Below are positions 20,079 to 29,567 of a stretch of 64,000 nt of DNA, in pieces. The position numbers were made by a program, and so were the translations under genes. The stretch's first letter is position 1, and the number at the start of each line of letters is the position of its first letter. The stretch lies in the NCBI GenBank assembly GCA_012974295.1, contig JAAXQM010000016.1, forward strand, positions 121 through 64,120, read 5' to 3'. The notes beneath the pieces are model-generated. The model made no database searches. It had not been told where the DNA came from and saw only the letters and a list, made by a program, of their open reading frames with translations. This stretch comes from Dehalococcoidales bacterium (lineage in GTDB: Bacteria > Chloroflexota > Dehalococcoidia > E44-bin15).

Positions 20079-21680
20079 CTATTTATCCTTACGCAATGGG
20101 ATTTCCTTAAGAAAGAGATTGATTATAAAAGCTACAGCGATAGCGCAAAAAGCAACAAAGAAAACCTCCGTGAGAGCCGAGTTAAGAGCCTCGCGCATCG
20201 TTGAAAGTAACTGCTGAAAAAATTGTGCGCCCTGAGACCCCATGCTCTCGAAAAAGCCTCTCAGTTGATCCTGTGCCTCTGGGCTGACCAGCGCCTGGGG
20301 GTTTTCGGCAAGGGAGGACAATTGCTCCGAGGGGATAACTGCGGATATTTCGGGCGGGAGGCCCCCCGTAAAATCATCTGCGAAGCGGTTGTTCATTACG
20401 GATCCTGCGATAGCTAATCCTACGGCACCTCCGATAGAGCGGAAGAAGGTGTTCGTAGATGTGGCTACTCCCATAATGGAATAGGGCACTGCATTCTGAA
20501 TCGCGATGACGTACACAGGCATTGTGATGCCCAGCCCCAAGCCCATGATTATTATGTTCATTATGGCCGTCGCATAGCTGGTATCGACCGTCATCCTGGA
20601 TAGCAGAAACAGGCCCACAGCCATGAATATAATGCCGACTGCGCCCTGGGTCCGATAGTGCCCCCCTGCGCGCGCAAGCAGCTGGCCGGAGACAATACTA
20701 CCCACCACCAGACCCAGCATCATAGGTGTCAGGAAACTGCCGCTGGCTGTGGCGGATGACCCCAGCACCCCCTGGAAATAGAGCGGTATGAAGATAATGC
20801 CGGTGAACATGCCAAAACCCAATATGAAGGTGACAATCGATGCCACGCTCACCACCCGGTTCCTGAAGATCCACAGTGGCAGTATGGGTTCTTTGACACG
20901 GCTTTCGATTATTATAAAAAGGAGCAGCATAGCCGCTGAGAAAGCGAACAGGAAAACGATGGGGAAGGATAGCCACTCATATTCAACACCGGCCCAGGTC
21001 AGGGCCAACATAAACGGTACCACGGTAAGTATAAGCGTTGCTATTCCGCCATAATCAACCCTGTGTTTCTGAATTTCGGGGCGTATATGAGGGAAGAAGA
21101 ATATAAATAGGATCATGATAAGGATACCGAAAGGGATGTTGATATAAAATACCCAGTTCCAGGAGAAATTGTCGGTTATAAAGCCGCCCAAAGTCGGTCC
21201 GATAACGGATGACAGGCCGAACACCCCTGTCAGGAATCCCACATATTTACCGCGCTCGGCCGCCGGGAAAAGGTCGCCGACGGTGATGAAGGCCATACCC
21301 ATTATGGCCCCCGCTCCTACGCCCTGAAGCGCCCTGAAGCCGATGAGCTGATTCATCGTCTGGCTGGTGCCGCAGAGTATGGAGCCCACTATGAAAACAG
21401 CTATACCGCCGACAAGAAACCACTTGCGGCCGTACATATCGCTCAGCTTACCGGCAATCAGCAGCGTAACTGTGGAGGTGATGATATAGGCTGTGGCCAC
21501 CCAGGTATAATGTGCGAACCCGCCAAGGTCGGTGATAATCCGTGGCAGGGCAGTGCCGACAATCGTCTGGTCCAGCGAGGCGAAGAAAAGGGCCAGCATC
21601 ACGCCTGCCATGGTGATAATCACCTGCCGCCTCGGCAGTTCCCGGTGGCCAGAATTTACACTCTTTAAGTCGGAATCCAT
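20079..21680 (-). CDS. MFS drug:H+ antiporter, DHA2 (EmrB/QacA) family
   Basis: LDQTIVGTALPRI, GKLSDMYGRK, WNWVFYINIPFG; about 14 hydrophobic segments. Confidence 0.95.
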   Translation of the reverse strand: MDSDLKSVNSGHRELPRRQVIITMAGVMLALFFASLDQTIVGTALPRIITDLGGFAHYTWVATAYIITSTVTLLIAGKLSDMYGRKWFLVGGIAVFIVGSILCGTSQTMNQLIGFRALQGVGAGAIMGMAFITVGDLFPAAERGKYVGFLTGVFGLSSVIGPTLGGFITDNFSWNWVFYINIPFGILIMILFIFFFPHIRPEIQKHRVDYGGIATLILTVVPFMLALTWAGVEYEWLSFPIVFLFAFSAAMLLLFIIIESRVKEPILPLWIFRNRVVSVASIVTFILGFGMFTGIIFIPLYFQGVLGSSATASGSFLTPMMLGLVVGSIVSGQLLARAGGHYRTQGAVGIIFMAVGLFLLSRMTVDTSYATAIMNIIIMGLGLGITMPVYVIAIQNAVPYSIMGVATSTNTFFRSIGGAVGLAIAGSVMNNRFADDFTGGLPPEISAVIPSEQLSSLAENPQALVSPEAQDQLRGFFESMGSQGAQFFQQLLSTMREALNSALTEVFFVAFCAIAVAFIINLFLKEIPLRKDK

Positions 21681-21684
21681 AAAT

Positions 21685-22473
21685 TTATTCCTGAACGCGG
21701 AAAGAACGTATCGCCAGCATGAGCATGATGATGCCGAAGGTGGCGACCACCGCTACGTCTAGAGCAATGCTCATGCGATAGCCGAACAGCTCTATACCGA
21801 ATGGTGCCGATGCTTCAACCCCCATCACCGCCTGGCGTATGGCGTCAACCCCGTAGGACACAGGGTTGAGCTTGACCATTGTGGCCAGCCATCCGGGCAG
21901 CGTTTCAACAGGGAACATCACTGGAGAAATAAAAATCAGTGGGAACATGAGCAGCTGCATCACCGCCTGAAAGGCTTCCATACTCCTTATGCGGGAGGCA
22001 ATGAACAAACCCATAGAAGTAAGGGATAGGGCGAGGACGATCATTAATCCCACCAGCATGAAGCCGCTTGCTACCGACATCTGGACGTCGGCGAAAGGTA
22101 TAAACACCAGCATTATTAGGCCCTGCGCGGAGGCGATGGTGGCGCCCCCCATCGCCTTGCCGACTGCAACTGCGGTACGGCTGATGGGGGCTACCAGTAC
22201 CTCTTTGAGAAAGCCGAACTCGCGGTCGAATACTACGGTGATTCCAGACATGATGGAGCCCAGCACTACCACCATGCAGATGATACCGGGGTATATGAAC
22301 GCGATATAGTCGAAGTCCTCCCCCCGATCGAGGAAAGAAGCGATACCGGTGCCGAAGATGACCAGGTACAGAATAGGCATGGCCATGCTGGTCAACATGC
22401 GCGCCCGGTCCCGCCAGAAACGCAGGATATCGCGGTACCAGATTATGTATACGCCATGCAGGTTGTCCTTCAA
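21685..22473 (-). CDS. ABC-2 type transporter permease (DrrB-like)
   Basis: DREFGFLKEVLVAPISR, LNPVSYGVDAIR; 6 TM segments. Confidence 0.93.
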   Translation of the reverse strand: MKDNLHGVYIIWYRDILRFWRDRARMLTSMAMPILYLVIFGTGIASFLDRGEDFDYIAFIYPGIICMVVVLGSIMSGITVVFDREFGFLKEVLVAPISRTAVAVGKAMGGATIASAQGLIMLVFIPFADVQMSVASGFMLVGLMIVLALSLTSMGLFIASRIRSMEAFQAVMQLLMFPLIFISPVMFPVETLPGWLATMVKLNPVSYGVDAIRQAVMGVEASAPFGIELFGYRMSIALDVAVVATFGIIMLMLAIRSFRVQE

Positions 22474-23462
22474 TGAAACCCTCTACCTCCACTGGCCTGT
22501 CGTTGTGCCCACGCCCTCATGAGCACCGCCTCGCCACCCCCTTCCTCACGTATCTCGCGGCCAGTCAGCTTTATGAACACATCGTCGAGGGTGGGACGGC
22601 GCATGCTAATACTATAGAGGCCGCTTCTGAAGTTTTTTACCAGGGTTGGGATAAACTCCTCTCCGTTCTGAACCTCGAAAAAGATACCTTCGCTACCGTG
22701 CTGTGCCTCGATGTTATGCTTCTCCTTGAGCTCGGCGACGGCCGCCTCCGGGTTATCTGTTTTGAGGGTAATAACATCGCCGCCAACCATCCGCTTAAGT
22801 GCATCCGGGGTGTCCAGTGCAATTATCTTGCCGTGGTCGATAACAGCGATACGGTCGGCCACGTTGGCCTCGTCCATGTAATGGGTAGTGAGGAAAACAG
22901 TTATGTTCAGACGTTTCCTTAGGTCAAGAATATAGTTCCAAATATGGAAGCGGGTCTGGGGGTCAAGGCCCAAGGTCGGCTCGTCGAGGAACAAAACCTT
23001 GGGGTAATGCAGCAAGCCACGTCCGATCTCCAGCCTCCGTCTCATCCCCCCGGAGTATGTCTGTACCGTATCGTTGCGCCGCTCCCATAGGTCAACCATT
23101 TCGAGTACCGTCCTGATGCGCTCTTTAGCGACATCTCGCGGCACACTGTAAACACCGGTGTGGAACTGCATATTCTGCAGCGCAGTCAGCTTGATATCCA
23201 GGCTGGGGTCCTGGAAAACCATACCGATGCAGCGTCGCACCTCGTTCGGCCGGCGTGCAACGTTGTGTCCGCATAATGTAACCTTGCCCTTTGTGGGGCG
23301 CATCAGAGTACTCAGGATATTGATGGTCGTGGTCTTACCGGCGCCGTTCGGTCCAAGGAAGCCGAATATCTCCCCCTCCGCCACGTCAAAGCTTACATCA
23401 TCCACCGCAACCAGGTCGCCGAATTTCTTTACCAGGTGCTCCACCTCGATAATGCTTGTCAT
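22470..23462 (-). CDS. ABC transporter ATP-binding protein (DrrA-like)
   Basis: GPNGAGKTT, YSGGMRRRLE, LFLDEPT, TTHYMDEA, PTLDDVF. Confidence 0.96.
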   Translation of the reverse strand: MTSIIEVEHLVKKFGDLVAVDDVSFDVAEGEIFGFLGPNGAGKTTTINILSTLMRPTKGKVTLCGHNVARRPNEVRRCIGMVFQDPSLDIKLTALQNMQFHTGVYSVPRDVAKERIRTVLEMVDLWERRNDTVQTYSGGMRRRLEIGRGLLHYPKVLFLDEPTLGLDPQTRFHIWNYILDLRKRLNITVFLTTHYMDEANVADRIAVIDHGKIIALDTPDALKRMVGGDVITLKTDNPEAAVAELKEKHNIEAQHGSEGIFFEVQNGEEFIPTLVKNFRSGLYSISMRRPTLDDVFIKLTGREIREEGGGEAVLMRAWAQRQASGGRGFH

Positions 23463-23546
23463 CCTATTCCCTTCGCGAATTTCAACCGACGTATTATTAC
23501 AGTTTCAGCTGGTTTTTGCAATCAGGAACTCCTCATAAATACTATA

Positions 23547-23671
23547 GATACTGCTGAAATAGTCTCAATCAGCCCCGATGACCGCCAATCTTGTGGGACT
23601 TTTTAAAGCTGGGGGACACCCCCAGGCCCCCAACTCCTATATAGTCGGGGCACCCCTTTTTCAGCAATCTC
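23547..23671 (+). mobile_element. MITE-like dispersed repeat, copy 3
   Basis: GATACTGCTGAAATAGTCTCAATC...TTTCAGCAATCTC; third internal hairpin replaced by a different palindrome. Confidence 0.75.
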
Positions 23672-23743
23672 TAATAAGTAATACGATGAATTTCTTTCGT
23701 AACCGTAGCTAAGCTGCGGGTTCAAAGAATAAATGTTACAAAA

Positions 23744-24340
23744 CTATGCTAAATAGAGTAATCTGATAATATCGAGAAACCATTTAGCCAGAGGCTCGAT
23801 AAGGCGTAGAAATCCAAAAGCGAGAAAACTACAGAAGATACCTATAACCGCACCACCGACTATGTCCAGGGGATAGTGTACGCCACAGTAGACCCGGGCG
23901 AATGTCCACAAAATAGCCAGGAAAAAGATAACCAAAGCTGCTTTTCGGTTACCAAACCAGGCACCCATACCGAAAGCAAAGCCAACCGCCGCTGAGTTTG
24001 ACGGGAAGGATGAGTCCGTGGGCGGATAGAAAAGCCCATTTACTATAGGCAAAATCTCGGGGAAATCGTCAAAAGGACGGGGGCGGTCGAAAAAATGGTT
24101 GGATAAAGCTACGGCAGCACTGGCGAAACCCACACCGATAAGGGCAGTCCATACCGCTCGCTGATTTCTTTCACGCCCCCGGGCATCTTTACCCAAGAAC
24201 CACATAGCAACCAGCACCATTACCATCGCCACCGGGATAAATTGCTCCCCCACTACAAGTCTCATAAACGAATCAGCGGCTTCTGACTTGCCCGCCAGCC
24301 CGTTTATGAGGAAGAATAGCTTCTCATCCAGCCAGATCAT
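23744..24340 (-). CDS. PAP2 family phosphatase (BcrC-like lipid-pyrophosphate phosphatase)
   Basis: RPRP, SFPSNSA (His replaced by Asn in the C2 motif), ARVYCGVHYPLD. Confidence 0.88.
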   Translation of the reverse strand: MIWLDEKLFFLINGLAGKSEAADSFMRLVVGEQFIPVAMVMVLVAMWFLGKDARGRERNQRAVWTALIGVGFASAAVALSNHFFDRPRPFDDFPEILPIVNGLFYPPTDSSFPSNSAAVGFAFGMGAWFGNRKAALVIFFLAILWTFARVYCGVHYPLDIVGGAVIGIFCSFLAFGFLRLIEPLAKWFLDIIRLLYLA

Positions 24341-24733
24341 TTATCTGTTCCTTCGTAAATCTCTACTGATAGCCTGGATAAAGGTCATCCTCTTCAATAC
24401 CTCAAGGCCCCTTTGTTCCCCCTCTGAGTCCGGTTTACCCCATCGTGCCCTGACTGCTGACGAGAAAAGCAGGGTAACCACCAGGGCGAGGCAAAGGGCG
24501 CCAAACAGGTAGCCGAAGAGGAATGGACCCGAAATGCCCCCGGCGGTGTCTGCAATGTTGCGGTCAACCCCAAAGAACCACCCGTATCCTCCGCTGACCA
24601 TCACCACAGCGAATATATACCCCAGATATCTTCTGGGGAAAAATGAGATGCCATCGAGCTTGACCCACGACGCCATTAACTGAAAGACACCAAGGGAAAC
24701 CATAAATACAAACAAGAAGTAATCTAATTCCAT
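24341..24733 (-). CDS. Hypothetical membrane protein (3 TM)
   Basis: 130 aa hydrophobic ORF abutting the PAP2 gene. Confidence 0.75.
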   Translation of the reverse strand: MELDYFLFVFMVSLGVFQLMASWVKLDGISFFPRRYLGYIFAVVMVSGGYGWFFGVDRNIADTAGGISGPFLFGYLFGALCLALVVTLLFSSAVRARWGKPDSEGEQRGLEVLKRMTFIQAISRDLRRNR

Positions 24734-24789
24734 TATCTATGCCTTTACAATCTGGCGCATTGCCTTACGGTGAAAGACGGTCACAACGC

Positions 24790-25917
24790 TCAACTCCCTG
24801 AGATGGGCTCGCTAGAAGGTTTGGCCCTCCAGGTCCATAATGTATTAATCGTATAGTTCCACAGAGTAGCTCCCGCAATACCAATGAGGTTGGAGATGAG
24901 GTAGCTTATCCCTACGACCTCGGTAACCGTCCATAGAATCGCAATATTAATACCCAAGCCACCCAGGCTCACCAGGTTAAACTTCAATCCACGCCCCAGA
25001 AGCGATCTATTACCGGGAGTTCGTCTGTCCCTGAAGGTCCAAATATCATTTAAAATAAAATTGGTAATGATCGCTGTCTCAACGGCAATGGCAGCGGAGA
25101 GCAAATAATAAAGTCCCAAATTCTCTGTTAACAGCCACAGCAGGCCTTCATTGACCAAAACACCGCTTAACCCAACCAAACCAAACTTAAGGAATCTAAT
25201 CGCCCCCTCTTGTAGCCCTGTCAAACGGGTAAGGTGTTTTAGATAACGTATCCCCTCTCCACTGGTTAGATTGCTTGTCCCCCTTTCCCTCACCCTGAAG
25301 ATATATGGGACCTCCGCTATCTCTCTGGCTTTCCCTTTGACAAGTACCTCCAGAAGGATTTTATATCCAGTTGGACTCAGCTCCACACCATCGATTACCT
25401 CTCTTCTCAGGAGAAAGAAACCTGACAAGGGGTCTTTGATCCCTCTAGCCGAGGATAAGAGGACTTGTGCCAATAGCTTAGAGCCTTTCGATATAATCTT
25501 CCTGCTCGCGCTCCACCCCTCACTGCCACCACCCTCAACGTATCGACTGGCGATAACAACATCCGCTCCGCTCATTACAGTCTCTAGGAGTTCAGGTATC
25601 ACCTCCGGCGGATGCTGTAAATCGGCATCTATTACGCCCAGAATCTCTCCCCTGGCCTGCTTAAATCCTTCAACTACCGCTGAAGCCAGGCCCCTCTCAT
25701 TTCTCCTGGTTATTACTCTAACTGGATACTGTTGAGAAAGACTATTGGCAATCTCTGAGGTTCCATCCGGACTATTATCATCAACCACTACGAGCTCATA
25801 GCTGTAGCTAGACAACGATTGGTGCACCCTCTCGACTAATATAGCAATATTCTGACTCTCGCAATATGTAGGCACTATTAAGGAAAACTCAGTGCTCGGT
25901 GTATACCGTGAATTCAT
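24790..25917 (-). CDS. GT2 polyprenol-phosphate glycosyltransferase (DPM1-like) fused to GtrA domain
   Basis: VVDDNSPDGT, RGLASA, DADLQHPPE, DPLSGFF; C-terminal FLKFGLVG...NDIWTF. Confidence 0.93.
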   Translation of the reverse strand: MNSRYTPSTEFSLIVPTYCESQNIAILVERVHQSLSSYSYELVVVDDNSPDGTSEIANSLSQQYPVRVITRRNERGLASAVVEGFKQARGEILGVIDADLQHPPEVIPELLETVMSGADVVIASRYVEGGGSEGWSASRKIISKGSKLLAQVLLSSARGIKDPLSGFFLLRREVIDGVELSPTGYKILLEVLVKGKAREIAEVPYIFRVRERGTSNLTSGEGIRYLKHLTRLTGLQEGAIRFLKFGLVGLSGVLVNEGLLWLLTENLGLYYLLSAAIAVETAIITNFILNDIWTFRDRRTPGNRSLLGRGLKFNLVSLGGLGINIAILWTVTEVVGISYLISNLIGIAGATLWNYTINTLWTWRAKPSSEPISGS

Positions 25918-26151
25918 AGTTCCTCATTGGTTTTACATTGACCTGACACTCAGGATACATGTATCTGGTGGTGAAAAACCACAAGTAGGCACCGACGATG
26001 AATAAAGCGAAAAAAGCAAGCCGGCAGGCAGCATCCTGAGAAGCATTAAATCGCTGAGTCTACTACCGGATGTGAGGTTAAAACAGATTAGATAGCCCAT
26101 TCTTACAACCAGGATGGGGCTCCCTGAGCATCTGCTTTGTCCGACTTCTGC

Positions 26152-27081
26152 TTACGCCTTGACCAGCTTATAGACAGGTGTACACCAATCGAGGTATTTC
26201 TTATTCTTGCCCAGGATTACATCGAAGTACAGATCCTGGAGCTTTTTAGTGATACTGCCCACTTCGCCTGATCCCACACTGCTGTCGTCGATCTGTATAA
26301 CCGGCGTAACATGCGCAGCCGTGCCGGTGAGGAAGCACTCTTCAGCAGTGTATAGCTCGCCGGGGTCGATTGACCGCTCGATGGTACCGATGCCCAGCTC
26401 ATTCTTCGCCAGTGTCATCACTGTGTCACGGGTGATGCCGATGAGAATGTTATCTGAAATCGGCGGTGTGACCAGCTGACCATCGATCACCAGGAAAAGA
26501 TTCTCTCCGCTTCCTTCGGAGACGTGCCCATCGTGGGTGAGCAGGATAGCCTCATCGAAGCCTTTCTCCGCCGCCTCTGTCTTTGCCAGCGCACTGTTCA
26601 CATAAAGCCCGTTTATCTTGGCCCGTATCGGGATCATGTTACTATCGACGCGCCGCCATGAAGAAATGCAACATTTCGCCCCCTTTGTAATATCGAGATA
26701 GGGGCCGAAGGGCATAGCGAAGATAAGGAAGCTGGCCTCCAGGTTATGAAGCCTTACCCCCACCTGTTCGGAGCTTTTATAGGCCATAGGGCGAATATAA
26801 GTATCCTCACGATAGCCACACCGCTGGACCAGCTCTAGTGTGACGGCGATGAGCTCATCCATTGTGTGAGGGATTTCGATCTGGAGCACACGACAGCTCT
26901 CAGTCAGCCTATCGAAGTGCTCGCGCAGCCGAAATATATACATCTGCCCCTGCTCCCCGTTCCAGTTACCCCGAATCCCCTCGAAGCAAGCGGTGCCGTA
27001 GTTGAAAGCATGAGTCATTATCCCTATCTTGGCCTCAGAGAGGGGAACCAACTTTCCATTGAAAAAAGCATAAGACGACAT
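26152..27081 (-). CDS. ilvE: Branched-chain amino acid aminotransferase
   Basis: YGTACFEGIR, AKINGLY, GFDEAI, EGSGEN, ILIGITR, FLTGTAA. Confidence 0.97.
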   Translation of the reverse strand: MSSYAFFNGKLVPLSEAKIGIMTHAFNYGTACFEGIRGNWNGEQGQMYIFRLREHFDRLTESCRVLQIEIPHTMDELIAVTLELVQRCGYREDTYIRPMAYKSSEQVGVRLHNLEASFLIFAMPFGPYLDITKGAKCCISSWRRVDSNMIPIRAKINGLYVNSALAKTEAAEKGFDEAILLTHDGHVSEGSGENLFLVIDGQLVTPPISDNILIGITRDTVMTLAKNELGIGTIERSIDPGELYTAEECFLTGTAAHVTPVIQIDDSSVGSGEVGSITKKLQDLYFDVILGKNKKYLDWCTPVYKLVKA

Positions 27082-27283
27082 ATATCTCTCCTTAAATCAG
27101 AGCTATGAGAATTATAAACCAGCGAAGTTCATGAAGACAAGTGCTGATTGGATAAGAGTTATATCTGGAGGCAGGCAAACAGGGGTTCCATTCGGTTTTA
27201 TCGGTTTTAGAGGGTAGCAGGATAAAAACTCCGGGCAGCCACCGCTAGAAAGGTTGTGTTTTCTTGAATTTAAAAAGTTTACC

Positions 27284-27649
27284 CTACCGCCGCCCCAGAC
27301 CCAACCACCACCATAGACCGAATGTCAGTATAGTACAACCGAAAGCAATAATGGTTAATGCCAACCACCACTCTCCAAAGCCCAAAATGCCACCAATGCC
27401 GATTAGTATGAAGAAACTACCGATAAGCAGTCTGGTGAATATCAGGCCAGATAACCGGTAGCTTCGTCTGATCATCCTTATCGGCAATTCAACGGCCAAA
27501 GCAAAACCGACAGAGATAAGCAGGTAGGCCCACCATTCACTCCATTGGGCAACCCCTGCCGCAGCAAACACTGCATATAAACCGAAGCCTACTATGGCTA
27601 CCCCGGCCAACATGGCAGAGAGGGGGTCCCGAATCCATTTCTCTTCCAT
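27284..27649 (-). CDS. Hypothetical membrane protein (about 4 TM)
   Basis: 121 aa, hydrophobic; GGAGGT SD upstream. Confidence 0.75.
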   Translation of the reverse strand: MEEKWIRDPLSAMLAGVAIVGFGLYAVFAAAGVAQWSEWWAYLLISVGFALAVELPIRMIRRSYRLSGLIFTRLLIGSFFILIGIGGILGFGEWWLALTIIAFGCTILTFGLWWWLGLGRR

Positions 27650-27808
27650 TTATACACCTCCAAATCAACCTATCACTGGCTAGAGTGTGGCAAGTTTATC
27701 ACAACAAAAACTGTTCTGCAACTACGTGGGGTTGACAGGGTACCCTTCGGCGGGGTATAGGTAATCCTGATAATTAACTCTCACTGAAATAGACGGAGGT
27801 ATAGTAAC

Positions 27809-28600
27809 ATGCTCAAGGAATATAGTATCGAGGGCAAGGTTGCCATCGTTACCGGTGCGGCCCGTGGTATAGGCAAAGGAATTGCCCTAACTCTGGCCGA
27901 AGCAGGTGCCGATATTGTCTCAGGAGACCGCAGTACGGAAGAAAACGAGCAAACTGCAAGCGAGATTCGAGTTCTCGGGCGACGATGCCTCGCTGTCACA
28001 ACCGATTTAACCAAAGAAAACCAGGTGCAGCGGATGGTTAGCGAGGCCATTTCGCAATTTGGTAAAATCGATATCCTGGTTAATAATGCTGGCAAAGGCG
28101 CGAGGAGGGTAGTAATACCTCTGGCTGATCATAACATACGCCCGATATCCGATGATGACTGGGATAACGTACTGGACCTCAACCTGAAAGCTATCCTGCT
28201 ATGCGCAAGGGCTGTAGGCCCTCACATGATCGAGCAACGAAAGGGTAAAATCATTATCATTACCTCCGCAGTTGCAGTTGGCTCCTTTGACCATAATAGC
28301 CTTTATTGTGTAAGCAAAGCGGCAGCGGCGAGATTCACCGAGACGCTAGCCCTGGAATGGGCTCCCTATAACATCAATGTTAATGCCATCGGCCCTACAT
28401 GGACGCTAACCGAGGGGGCCAAAATTATGCTGGAAAAGAGCGAAGAATACAGACAAAAAGAGATGGCACGTATCCCGCTTGGTAGAGCTGCTACACCAAG
28501 AGAGATAGGTCTTCTTACCGTTTACCTGGCTTCGGATGCCTCCAATTTCGTAACTGGGCAGAACATCTACATAGACGGCGGGCTAACCGCTGGAAGCTGA
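27809..28600 (+). CDS. Short-chain dehydrogenase/reductase (FabG-like)
   Basis: TGAARGIG, LVNNAG, YCVSK, VTGQNIYIDGG. Confidence 0.95.
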   Translation: MLKEYSIEGKVAIVTGAARGIGKGIALTLAEAGADIVSGDRSTEENEQTASEIRVLGRRCLAVTTDLTKENQVQRMVSEAISQFGKIDILVNNAGKGARRVVIPLADHNIRPISDDDWDNVLDLNLKAILLCARAVGPHMIEQRKGKIIIITSAVAVGSFDHNSLYCVSKAAAARFTETLALEWAPYNINVNAIGPTWTLTEGAKIMLEKSEEYRQKEMARIPLGRAATPREIGLLTVYLASDASNFVTGQNIYIDGGLTAGS

Positions 28601-28893
28601 CTTCTACGCCCGTTTTCAATAGCCCGCCGGTTTAATAATCCGGATTTGGAACTACAGAGCACAGACGGGTCGAGGAAAGGAATGGTTTCCATATCAGCTA
28701 ATAACGCAGTCGCTGTAGCAAATTCATATAATGTTCTCTCCATTTGCATAACAATAGAAACGTTAGCCAGCATACTAAATGACTATACGGGTATTATCTA
28801 CATTCAATAAGTAACAAATACAACCGCAATAAGGAGCTTAGGGTTGGCAGTGCACTATTCGGCGATCCATTTTCTATTTAGGAGAGTAAAACT

Positions 28894-29406
28894 ATGAAAC
28901 GGCTCACAAATTATAGAATGCTCATTGCTCTTTCACTCATTGCACTCATCATTGTTGGAGGCATCTTCCTTTTCCAGCAGCAGCCCTGGTCGAAAGAGTC
29001 CCTGGAGATCATACTCACCACGCCTGTTTCTGCCTCAACTACAGAGTGGGAGATCTACGTAGACGGAGCAGTGGAGAATCCCGGGTGGTACTCGCTTGAA
29101 CAGGACAACAAAATTCGAGACGTCCTTTCAAAGGCAGGCGGCTCCAACAGCAATACTAACCCGGTTACAGCTAAACTGTACATATACGAAAATGGGAAGA
29201 GTGTAGCACCGCAGTTGATTAGTATCAACCGCGCTCCAGACTGGCTCCTCGATGCTCTGCCTGGAATAGGAACCACACTAGCGCAAAATATCGTCCAATA
29301 CCGCGAGGAGAACGGCTCCTTTATGATGATCGAGGAACTGTTATTGGTATCGGGCATCGGAGAGGCAAAATACGATGGGGTGAAAAAATTTATTACTGTT
29401 GAATAA
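28894..29406 (+). CDS. comEA: ComEA family DNA-binding protein (SLBB + HhH)
   Basis: N-terminal TM, YVDGAVENPG, INRA..LDALPGIG..IVQYREENG..VSGIG. Confidence 0.92.
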   Translation: MKRLTNYRMLIALSLIALIIVGGIFLFQQQPWSKESLEIILTTPVSASTTEWEIYVDGAVENPGWYSLEQDNKIRDVLSKAGGSNSNTNPVTAKLYIYENGKSVAPQLISINRAPDWLLDALPGIGTTLAQNIVQYREENGSFMMIEELLLVSGIGEAKYDGVKKFITVE

Positions 29407-29492
29407 CGAAAATCGTATAAATATAATCCAATATGCCTATTTAAATAGGCATCACCGAAGATAAAAATGGTGCATGTTTGTACCGCCTATGT

Positions 29493-29520
29493 CTGGATTC
29501 CCGTCTGCGCAGGAATGACA
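29493..29520 (+). repeat. REP-like palindrome (GGATT...AATGACA type)
   Basis: CTGGATTCCCGTCTGCGCAGGAATGACA; same ends as 31980-32010. Confidence 0.65.
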
Positions 29521-29567
29521 TGGACGAAGAGTTCGTCCAGACATACTAGGGCTCTATTTTAGTAGCA

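Noticed and set aside
27082..27283. T-box or attenuator before ilvE (and before tyrS)
   Set aside because: No T-box consensus; the ilvE promoter (TTGTCT-18-TATAAT) is close to the start, and tyrS has only a 30-nt spacer.
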